Positions 37,173 to 48,700 of a DNA stretch of 64,000 nt are shown here, piece after piece. How positions within the stretch are numbered: the first letter of the stretch is position 1; every line of letters starts with the position of its first letter. The notes below the pieces were generated by a model. The model saw only the letters and a list, made by a program, of their open reading frames with translations, was not told the DNA's origin and ran no database searches. Position numbers and translations under genes: made by a program. Source of the DNA: Raillietiella orientalis (Eukaryota); assembly GCA_036172245.1 (NCBI GenBank), contig JAYWIR010000027.1, positions 1,798,001 to 1,862,000 on the forward strand, given 5' to 3'.

Positions 37173-40100
37173 TCAATAAAATTTGGGCTTATGGGAAAGA
37201 CCGAACAAGGTCACGGCGGCAAACATGACCACGAGGGAACAGGTCACCATCAGCAATCCAACAGCATCGAAAATGAACTTTGGAGCAAAAACGTTCCACG
37301 TCATTAGATGTCGACACAGAACCGCGGCAGCACACATGCTGGAAACGACCTGCAAAACAAGAGACAGCAGCTGTTAATCTGAAACGAGATCGCTTCCCCC
37401 CCGGGTCATGTTATCTGGATCGAGATCGAGACATTTGGAGAGGCTGCGACGCAGCAGTGGGCCCCATGGCACCGCGGGAATCGAGTTGGGTTCACGTAGG
37501 TCCCCCGCTCAGCGGAAGTGCGAGTTCCCGTGCTGGGCGCGGCTAAACAGACTCTGTGATCTGCAGCTCCGGACGGCCGAACTCGGAAAAGATCGCAAAA
37601 TGAAAATGAAACGGGATGCACTTAGCTCGAAGACGAAGCGAAACATATGTGATGATAAAATACATCGAAACTTTGCATTAAAGTTTCATTGTATTGGATA
37701 CACAGGCCAAGGCAATCGGAGGGTTCCTGAAGATTTGGCAGTGATTAGAGATGCACCAGAAAAGGACTGTCCTTTTAACAAGGAAATACTCAACTCGTTA
37801 GCAACCGAATACCTCGGGGATGCCCAAAGGATTAAATAATATCGTTAATCTTTCATTTCTTGTCCTTTTTTTTTTTGAAGGAAAAAGATGTCAGACACAC
37901 GAAAATCGTCTTTTGTTTTCTGAGAGGTGCCTGCTCTAAACAACTAGCTTTTAAAAGAATTTGCTTGGAAAATACAATCAATTATCTACAGTTCTAATAT
38001 TTCCATTTCTCACTGCACCTTCACATCTTGAACATTGTGCAGGAAATGCAATGTTGCCTTTAAGGGCACAGACACATCAGATTGCGACAAAAAATAAAAA
38101 GGTCTGATTTCAAATGCACGGTGTAAAGGAGAACACCCATTCAGTAAATACAGAAGAAAATGCACATCATTCTGAGTAGGTACAAACCTTCAAGTTGCAG
38201 CAGATCAGATAGCTGAAGGACAGCTTTGCCAGCCCCAGCACAAAATCACGTGGCGCTTCATTGTCAGAGACATCTTCAGCTTTGGTTTTCGGATTCTGGC
38301 GCCTCCAGAACCTTGCACTGTCATTTATTGCTTTCCTGAGTAATGATGGGCTCCATATCAACAGAGGAAATGCAAAAATGCAAAGAATGTGTGATGCATA
38401 AATATGCATCAATACAAAGAAAGCGGATACTGCATATGTAGTAAAGTCTCCTGAACTGCAAAAAAAAGCAGCTTTCCATGGGATAGATGGGATGGTAGTC
38501 TGATGACCTAGGGCATAGAAGAAGTGACATGCAAGTAAGTACAGGCTTAAGGCCCAAGGCCAAATTAAATGGGAACTGGTTCCTAAGATGATACACACTA
38601 ATTACAAACAGGACACAATTTGGTCACTATACCTATCTTTCTTTCTTGCAAAAATATATACATATACAAAAGAATGAACAACTTAATAGTAATCCAAAAC
38701 TGCAACATAATCACTGCATTTGATGCAGATAATAGTAAAGCAAATATTAGGTACAACTGAAATGCATGGTTGAATTTTTCTTGCTTCAAAATAATACACA
38801 TACCTGTAAATAAAATCGCAAGTAGGAACAAATATTGACTTCTGTTAAAGCTCTGTGGGAAACTGTGGATTCGCATGAGTTATGGGATGCACATATATGT
38901 GACATGCACATGCACTTCAAACGTTTTCTCTGAACAATTGATGCTGTGGTTTCCACAATGAATTGAACAATTAAAAGAAAAGCTAGATGATGCTGTCTCA
39001 CATGTGTGCTTTGTAGAAACTCAGCGACTTGTGAAGAATCAAGAAAGCAGTAGCACAGTACAAAAGACATGAAAATGTACAAGCGATAGTTTTTCCATCT
39101 TGACTCAGCATACTCTTTAGAGGATGCACATCTGACTGCCAACCAGTGATCTCCAACAAAAACAACAGTGACCGATACAAGTGCCAGAATGAGCTGAAGA
39201 AGAGAACCGAGAGCTTCACCAAACAATGCTGTGAAATATTTAAGGATGTCAAAAGGAATGCAACCTTTTTGCTCATCTCTGCAGCTCTTGAATTTCAAAG
39301 TGGTGCTGACTACAACAATTGCAGTAATCACCAATGCACTTACTGAATAGCATCTTTTTTTTCCTGAAATATTATGTTTCTTGTTTTGTAGCATCCAGTT
39401 TGTACTAATGTAATAAATTTTCCAAACAATGAGCATACTGCTAAGTAGGTATGAAACAGTAAAATCCTCATAGATTACAAAACTATTTGAAAAGGATGCC
39501 ATGCAAATGAATAAGAGAATCAGCGATGCAATAGTAAACACGGAATTTTGATGAACTTTTGTTCCAAGAAAAGAACTAACCAATTTTTTAACATATATCA
39601 TCAAACACATCAAAAGTACGAAAAGTACACAGTAATGCAGATACTGTATGTCATACATAAGTTCTAGCATCTGTATAGATAAAACCACAGTAAGAGGAAC
39701 AAGTGAAAATAAAGATACAGACATTGTGACAGTGGCAGTAATGAAAACCACATTCACAATCAGCAAGGTTCCAATACCCTCTAGTACGAACTTGAAGTTA
39801 AAAGTTGCCCAAACTTGTCGAAACAATTCTTTCACTTCAGAGAAGTAATTTTCTAATAATATCATGGTTGCTTCAATTTCTTCAGTAGTTAAATTTTGGT
39901 GTACTGAGGTGTTTAATATAGCCACAATAGAATCCTCTGCTTTAGAAAGTGATTCGAATCCTTGATGCATTGATTTCCTTTCATAAGCTAAATACTGAAT
40001 CAACTGATGAAAATTCGCTTTGTATGCAGCAAAACGTTCCAAGAGACACTCCTGTGCAAAAAATTGCTTATTTATTTTATCTGAACATGGAATCAACGAT

Positions 40101-41176
40101 GCAATGACTGAGCCTATGTTTGCAAAAGGTATTGGTATCCCAAGCAGCCAAGAAACAGTGGCACACAAATCTAATTGGAATGCTTCCTCAGAGAAAGAAC
40201 CTTGATCATAAATTGGAAAGATAGGTAATGAAGAATAAGCAAATAAAACCGCTGATACTTCTGAGGCACTATCACCACCATGATCACCTGCAATGCTTGA
40301 TGTTCAAATGCTTTTATAATTCTGATCATACCTTTCTCAGTCATGCCATGATCACTAACAACAAACAAGATGGTTTCATTTGATAATCTGTTTATTATCT
40401 CTCTTAAAATCAATTTACTTTTAATATCAAAGTACCAATGCTGAAAGTTACCTGATAAAATGATCCACTTCTAATAATTTTCTGGTCATTTCACTATGCA
40501 GAGGTCCATATTTGTGGCCACAGTGATCAATACCAAGTAAATGAGCAATAACTGCATCATAATGATTTGTTTCAATTAGTGGAAATATGTGCTCGCTCAC
40601 GTAACGGTCAATTGTATCCACATCCAAAAAATTGAAAGATGGATATGCTTTCGAAAAATCAAACTTGTTGGGAAATAGCGTTATCCATGTGTCATCACCA
40701 AGAAACGCGATTTTTTTATTATTTTTAAAAAGTTGGTGAACTAGGTTATCCTCTTCTACTTCATAGCTTTGGAAGTTGGAACTGATGTCAACAAAAGTTG
40801 GCAAACTGCCGGTCATGAGACCTTTGATCCTCTGCATTGTGGTTGTTGGTGAATCTGCTACGAATTTCAACAATTTCGCATTTCTCGGTTTACTTCTGGC
40901 CAATTCATCAAGTACACGAAGTTTGTTCGTATAGCGCTCCGGGGACTTCTTTTCGGACTTTGCCACAAAGTCATACCTTAATCCATCCACTACAATGAAA
41001 ATAATTTTTTTAAATGGTGTCCTATAAGAAATATTCCCGCCATACACTGGAGTAGCACTTTTCTTGGTGACTACATTCTTCTTCAATAAGAATCCCTTGC
41101 TAAATATGTATACTTCAAAAACAGACACAGCACCAAAAAACATCAACAAGAATAAGTACGTCCACTTGTGAGGCAT
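37173..41176 (-). CDS. PIGO: GPI ethanolamine phosphate transferase 3 (PIG-O/Gpi13)
   Basis: Exons 41176-40452, 40402-40332, 40287-38804, 38756-38633, 38582-38188, 37349-37173; 2976 nt = 991 aa. Motifs VDGLRYDF, ADSPTTTMQRIKGLMTGSLPTFVD, GDDTW, HLLGIDHCGHKYGP, SDHGMT..GDHGGDS, FSNSFVIYE, FFYALGHQTTIPSIPW, RHLMTWNVFAPKFIF; multiple transmembrane segments. Confidence 0.94.
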
Positions 41177-42351
41177 CTCAAGAACTATCCATATGCATTT
41201 CAATTTCAGGTTATGAGACAAACCACGTTAAATCTCGCGTAACGAAACGACACCCTTATCATTATTTTTCAAACTTTTGATGGCATGTGGCATTCCAGAG
41301 ATTGCATTCTAAGATCGCCAATGCGTTCCACCTTGGCGTAGTGGAAATACGAATAGAACGCATGACAGCCGTCGTCCTGGATGCCTTGCGTTTCCCGGGT
41401 TCCCATCTCGGACGACCCCACCGTAGGAGCACCGCTGGAAACAGAAGCGCACGTGTACGGAATCTTTTCCACAAGGTGCCCCCCCCCCATAAAAAAGGGT
41501 TGAAAAATTTCCTTCCCCAAATATCATCTTCGTTTATGAATTGCCTTCTAATGCGAGAAACATTTGCAGTCTAACTGAAATATTTAGGAAGTATCTATCA
41601 AAAATTGGCATACCACAAATTTATTCGTGCATAATGTTCACTAAATAACATCGTCTAAAGGCAAATTATATATCAATACTCTTTTTTTAAAAAAAAATCG
41701 CCAACTTCATAACCATTTTTCCTTTGATAATCGCTTCGTATTCCAGGGATCACACCAAGATTAGCTGATTCTGATTTCTCTAGTTGTTGTTGTTGTTATT
41801 ATTATTATTATCAACTCGCGAACAATTCACAACTAAAATTGGCCCAGGAAACAAAAAACAACCTTTGATTTACGGCGTTGTGTTTACAAGATAAGTACAC
41901 AAAGATAAATATACAAAGAAAAGGAAGGGTAGGAAGCAAGTGTTTCCAAGAAGCTAAATACACAGAGAAAGTTTGAAAAAATTTGACACCAAACTGGAAA
42001 AGCTTGTACCTCTTGAAAAGTCAATAGAAGACTTTTAAACTGAAAATACAGTTCAAGTTTTTCAAGAGTGCAGTTATTGGAAAGACAATTCATATAAGTG
42101 ATTCGTGCATTATTTCTATATCCGTTTGTTTATTTAAAGGTACTGTGTGGAACAACAAAAAATTTAAATTATGTTCAGTCTTTCTACTCGCAGACGTTAC
42201 TGTGGTAAGTTATCTTTTTTTTTAGCTTTCATTTGTTTATCCTTGGTTCCATTTCAGCAATTTTAATAACAGTTCCTTTCACAAAAAGCGAATAAAATCA
42301 CATCCATGATGCATCTTAAACATGACACAGTCAAATTCAGTTTTGAGCTCT

Positions 42352-42382
42352 TAATCGGATTACGATTCTCGTAATCCGATTA
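42352..42382. repeat. Perfect 14-bp inverted repeat with 3-nt loop
   Basis: TAATCGGATTACGA-TTC-TCGTAATCCGATTA. Confidence 0.85.
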
Positions 42383-44544
42383 GGTCCAGAACGCTCTTTA
42401 TCTTTGGATCTCCTCAAGCACCGTTCCATTTAACTTTTGTGCCATAAAGTTAGACGGACCGTGTATTTACGAATAGAAGGTCTTTGAATGAACGATTCAA
42501 TCTCAGTAATCGTCCTTCTTTGCCTCCAAACCAAGTTTTCATTTCTAGGTCAGTTGAAATTTCGGTGTTTATTAATTATGGGTCAATTCCCATTTGTTGC
42601 TTTTAATTCCCTTGCTCTCCTTAAACATTTACTGTGGCCATATTTTCCAGAACTTCCTTCCAAGTACAAATGTTGTGATTTTCAGGATAATCATTCAGAA
42701 AGTTATTATCATTATTAGTGGAACCGAAGTAAACTTTCAGTATCATTTAAGATGAGTGATCTCTGAAGAAGTATGCAAGATCTTCGCCGTTGCTATTCAA
42801 AGTCACTCATTTGTTTAATCTCTTGTATATAATTCAAAGCCTCGAAGCAGGGCTGATTAAAGTGCCAAAGTATGAAATCATGAGAACTCGGGTTTTCTAA
42901 GAACCGGTTATGGACACTATTTTCCAGAGTAGTCTAGTTCTGTGTTGATCTCCGTAGGTTTTCATACCCAATCGGATATAAGTCCTTCTAATAAGTGGAT
43001 CCAATAATCAAACTCTCCTGGGGAAATATGCTGAATGGAATGTAAAACTTGTATTTAGTAATTAGATTCATACGCAAATTGGATTCTTACTTGGTCACAG
43101 ATGAAGAATTCTCTGTAAAGAACAGCTATTGAGCATTGAAACAAAGAGTGGAAAGACATTCATGAGAAAACTGCTATTTTTCATTTATTGTGTTCATTTT
43201 CTGGGCTCGTGTAATAAGGTGCATTTATTTTGAGTTCATTATTCATTTAGTACTTTGAGCTTCCATTTTCTTATTTATCATCATCGAAATTTTCAGGAGA
43301 TGAAAGTATAGGGCTTGACATCAGGACAATAGTACAGAGACAGTGCAAAAAAAAGAAAAGAAAACGATACATATGAGAATTACATCCAAGAAAATGGAAT
43401 TTTGTAGGCTACGATCTTTTAAATTGAAAACACATGACCACAGTTGCAGTGTTGCAGTTGCATCTTGGATATCGATTGGTATAGTTGCAAACACTTTTAA
43501 AAAAATGAAATATTAAGCTCCTGAATGGGCGTAGACGTACAGAATAATTGGTAGAACGTTAGGAGTCTCTAAATTCCTAAAAGGACCAATTCCTGAAAAT
43601 TGTTATCGAAATTGTATTTGCACGTCATCACCTTCACCTTCCCCCTCCCCCGGTCATAACTTGTAGTATGAGGTTATGTTGCATCAGGAGCTCAATGTTT
43701 CCCAGTAAAGATTGTCCTGTAAATTTGAAATTGCTACTGATTTACCGAAATCAACTCATTGATTAACGTTTCAATTCGGCAATGATTAACTAGTCGGGTT
43801 TTTAAAGTTTGTCTGACCACATTTTGAGTGCCGCAGTATTAAAACATCCTTACTGGTTCCTGTAATCATCAACCACTGAAAAGACGAAAATTTCGTTAAA
43901 AAAAAATCCAATTTTTGCATCCTTTTTCACATGGCTTCATTTTTCTTTCTTACATTCTGTCGATTGTGTACACATTTTTATGGGAATAGTTTGGACCTCG
44001 GAAACCACTCGAATGTTTGGCTGCCGTGAGGCGCGCGCACGCTCTGCATAAAATTGGCGCGGCCGACTCGCCGTTGCAGCTTCAATCAAAAGTCGGTCCT
44101 GAACTCGTGTTGTGCCAACTCGAAAATTGCATTTCTCAATTATAGAAGAAACGTAAATGGTTCGGAGTGCTGAAGAGCCTATCGAAATCCGTGCAGAAAG
44201 AATATTTAAATGTTTTGAATCCAAGAATTTTCGGATGAAGTTCGTTGTGTGATTCCAAATTGTTAGCGATATTAATTAAGCACGCGTCAGGTGACAATTG
44301 CAGGTAGACTGAAGATGTTTTAATAAAATTATTCAAAAGAGCATTTGTGTTGTAATTGGCTGCTGTCCCCAGAATTGTTTGCACATTGCATTATTTTTTC
44401 GTTATCACCACATCACAGAATGCATTTGGGGGGGATAAAAAGCCTAAGCGACTGAAAGTTCAAACCAGCACTCATGCACATGCAGTTTCTTCAGTATCAG
44501 CTGATTGGTACCTCTAAATTTTGCTTTTTTGCAGAAGAGAGGGG

Positions 44545-45387
44545 ATGGCTGAAATAGATCAGCTATTGCAATTGTCAGTTACAGGCCAAATCTGTGAGGG
44601 CATTTTTCCCAGCTTCAACCATCTGTACTGTAAATACAATTTTGCATATGGGCCAGATTGGATTGTAGCTTCGGTATGGAAATTTTGAGTTACACTCAAA
44701 AAGAGAATCTGTTACTAGGGAATAGAGGAAGGTATTACACAGATTTCAAAAAAAACTTCTAATCAAGAAAGAAGTTTCATTTGGAGTCTTCCCATTGATA
44801 TTTCTTTCCGTTCCACATGCCCATATGGCTGTAAGTGCTTCTTATCACTATATTTTTCTTTAAAAAAGGTATAGGGCCTCAATTTGTATTTGGAGTATAT
44901 GGTTTGGACATATTTGGTAATGATGTTGTAAGAGGTTATGGTGTCCACCATGTACCTGTTGGAAATGGCATTCACAAACTAAGGTAAATTTGCTGTTTTC
45001 ACAGAAGCTTCAAAATCTGACCCTGTTCAGTAGCTGGATTCTAGAACATTGTAACACCAGTTTTAGTGAGAGCTTTCATTTGTTCTTTATACTTTTAATA
45101 CTGCTAGCATTTTCCTGTAGGATTGCAACTTTTGCACCACAGTCAAGTAGTCTCTTACATATGCTCACGTCTTGGCTATCAGGTCAAAAACCAGAATACT
45201 TAGACATGCATTTCCTAACACATGGAGATGGAAGAGGAGGTATGAAATCTACATCCTTTAAATTGAATCATAAAAGTTGCTTTTTTTTTTAGTGACAAAA
45301 GTGAACTCTGAAGGCTGCATCACTTTAGAATTGTGTATCATAACAAAAGGTTTTTCAAAGTTAGGCTATCAAATTGCAAGCTCTTAA
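44545..45387 (+). CDS. B9D1: B9 domain-containing protein 1 (ciliary transition zone, MKS module)
   Basis: Exons 44545-44673, 44719-44830, 44875-44983, 45121-45239, 45293-45387, GT-AG and phase-consistent; 564 nt = 187 aa. LSVTGQI...[13 protein letters not shown]...[12 protein letters not shown]...[39 protein letters not shown]...[11 protein letters not shown]...KLGY is colinear with B9D1 as I recall it. Acceptor at 44534 implies an upstream UTR exon. Confidence 0.93.
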
Positions 45388-45713
45388 CATTACCAGTTTC
45401 CATCATGACTGAATAGAATTGCTACATTCTTGATATCTTGCACTGATAATTTAACTTTTTATTTATTATATTTGCACATAGACAATGATTTTGGAATGGC
45501 AATGCATTATTCATTATGCAATCTCAGCATGCACTAAATGTGTGTGTATGTGTTTCACTTGCAATCATATCAACAAAGTGTGTATACTATACCCTGATGC
45601 ACACCCATTGTTGACTTAATTTTGCAAACTCTCACTTATCAATCTTAAATTACAATTAATCTGACATGATTTTGTATAATACTGAAAAGACAATAAACAC
45701 ATGATTATACCTA

Positions 45714-48700
45714 TTATGGTTTGAAGTTTAATTTCTTAAATAGATTTTCTGCTAATTTTTGTAAATGACAAGGGAGCTGTGAAAGCAAATGTGAAGGACT
45801 ATCAAACTGCTTGAAAAGCTGATCAGTTAGCTGTTTCCAAAATGTCGACATGACTTGGAGATCATTAAGATCACTTGCAACATCTATTAGCATCTTCCAA
45901 AATGTTTCTTGATCAGCCACAGCCTTATATTGTTCCCATAAGCACACATTTGTAGGATATGATTTTAGAGCTTTGGTAAGTAATTCTTGTTTGAGCTTCT
46001 CATCTTGAGCTATGTTAACCTAAGAATGCAAAGGTTGGATGTAACAGCTACAAAGCTTTTCACTCACAATGTCTATGTATTGCTGCACATTAACATAGTT
46101 CTTTTGCTGTGCTTGTTCCAGAACACGTTGCAGACGATTCCACCTAACAGGTAATGTGTTAGACCCATTGGCACACAGCTTTATAATTGTGTCCAAGTAG
46201 AACTGCCACATAACTGGTGTATCTAAGTAGTGTGTGGCTTCTTCATATATGTGCATACACTGCCTACCGATAAAATCACTTAGAAAATGAAATATGGATT
46301 ATATTACCGGACACGCTTGTTGTCAAAATGATCATTGGAATCACTGTCATTATCAAGCACTTCTAGAACATTTTTCAATTCCACAATGCTAAGTTCGTCA
46401 GCAGTTAGCACTTGATGTGACTTGCCTTGCAGAATCCACAAAGCAAATGTATCCCAAGAGACTTCATAAGAAGGGAACAACTTCCACAGCAATCTAAAAA
46501 ATGTGCATGTAGGATTTTTCATAACTTTAACTACTATGGTTAAAAAATGCTTTTAAAAAAACTTTTAAAAAATTCGTTGGTTTCAAGCAGGAAAATTAGT
46601 ACAGGAAAATTGCATCAAATAATAATTTCCACTAAGAGATACTCATCACACTCTAATAAAACATAATGTGAGTGCTTTTGGGGTTACTGTTGCAACTTGT
46701 ACACAAGAAGCAAATATTTTGCACCTTAAAAATGGGACCAAGATCAAGTCGTCAAAAAACAAAACCTATAAATAATTCGAAATGTTTTAAAATGAAGTTT
46801 GAAGACCCGAAAATTTAATTGCAACCAATAAAACCTAAACATGCTCAACCTTTATGTACAGCTATTTCAAGATTGGCTGAAACTTATGAATAATTAGTTT
46901 AATGAATCAGTGTTTAGCAATTCTGAAACAAACTAAAGTCAGAATCTTCCTTACTTTCTCAGTACAATTGGAATGAAGTTTATCACTTCCTGATCATGCG
47001 ATGTGCAACTACAGCTGCATGTTTATCCATCCAAATAAGCTAACGAATTTGCTTTAAAATTTGAAATTGATCATGCTGTGAGTGATGGGCAATCCAACAA
47101 AACATGTGAAGTTGATCACCTCACTTTGCTCAATAAGTAGCGTATACGCATATTTTTGCAGAATCATTTGTTGATATGCCTGATAATCTGTGACCTGTCA
47201 TGTCTTGAGTCTTGTTCGAACATTCTGATTTGGATATGTTCATGTTCACAGATAATTTACATCGGTTACAGATGCAATAATATGACTGTGGTGCTAATAC
47301 TCCACCCAGGAAGTATGAACTGCACTTAACATAATGTAGTTAATCAATTTATAAGGCAACAAATACCATCTGTCATGTACACAAGTCTTCAAGACAAATA
47401 AGTCTGATTTCTTAACAATGTATGTACAGAAAGCAAAAGTTACATCCCTTCTGAAGCACTTGACCAGCCCGCTCTAAAATACTTATAAAGTAGTAATGAG
47501 TCGAGTGCATTTAGAAATGTCTACACGTGAATACATGCAGGCGAAATTCATAAATATGAAATATTCTGTAATTGCTGCTGAATATTCATGGCTTCTGTAA
47601 GTCACGAATGCGTAGAATGCATCTGCTCCTGCTCATATTCTTTAAATAATAATGACGCATACTTTTGAATGAAACTATTTTCTTTTTCTTCTTCCGGAAA
47701 TTGTCAGATACGCAAATATTTTGTTTGCTACCATCTTCTGGGAAATCATTTCATGCAACTGAGCACTGCCTCTATTATTGGGTGTTATATGAATTAAAAA
47801 CCCATTTTTCTTCCCAAATAACGTACTATCAACTAACAGAATGTCAAAAATCTGCTGCTATGAACCACCAACTAAGTACACCATAAACATACTCCAGTGC
47901 AATATAACAGCGAATTTCACCAATGGAAGGTGCCAAAAAATCGATTTTTGATGAAGGAGATAAGGGAAATGAATGAAAAATTTTATTACCTTATTATATT
48001 CTCCTGTAAGGGAGAAGTGAAAGCAAACAGGGCACAAAGATTGAGGCATGATACTAGAAATTCGGGTTTTGATATTTTTTCAATAGCTGTATCTATGATA
48101 ATCTGAACAAGTTGTCCTTCTAAAACATCATCTGATGGGAGCACTGGATTTTCCTGAGTTTGAAACACCTCTAATCGCTGTCTCAAATATTCGCAGTAAA
48201 GCAACTCAAAATGGACAAACTGCAATACATATCAGTAAATCTAGTTAAGCTATTTTAATCAGTTACATAAACATTTAAAATTACATAAAGAATCACTGAA
48301 TGCATATCTAGGGAATCTAACAGTACACTGTGCATATTCATCTGGCTGAAGGAAGCAAAAAATTAATGAAATTGATGAAAATGAGTTTTGGTACTTAAAG
48401 GATAGTTACAATTAAAGAACAGTACTTTTAATACCAACTAAAATGTACTACTTTGAATTCAAAGGAAAGTTTTTTTAATTAAATTTAAGTTTTTGAATTT
48501 AACTTGATGCTTATGTGTTTGGAAGTTTTAACAGATTTAAATACTCGTCCTATGAACTTATTCATCTCACATAGTCCATCAATCTTAAGGTATTCAGACT
48601 TCACTTCATCTGAACTCTCAAGGCTTGTAAAATTGCAATTTTCACAGCACAAGCATTAAAAACCTGCTTTTGAATCAATATCTCTACAGGAGATCATGGA

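Noticed and set aside
41278..41320. 7SK-like TGATGGCA...GATCGCCA
   Set aside because: Lacks the CATTGATC context and the second GATC needed for the 7SK 5' stem.
44165..44195. CTGAAGAG-CCTAT-CGAAA minimal hammerhead-like core
   Set aside because: No stem I and no correctly placed NUH cleavage triplet.
46560..46655. Box C-like GTGATGA in a UTP6 intron (possible snoRNA)
   Set aside because: No box D CTGA or terminal stem at a suitable distance.
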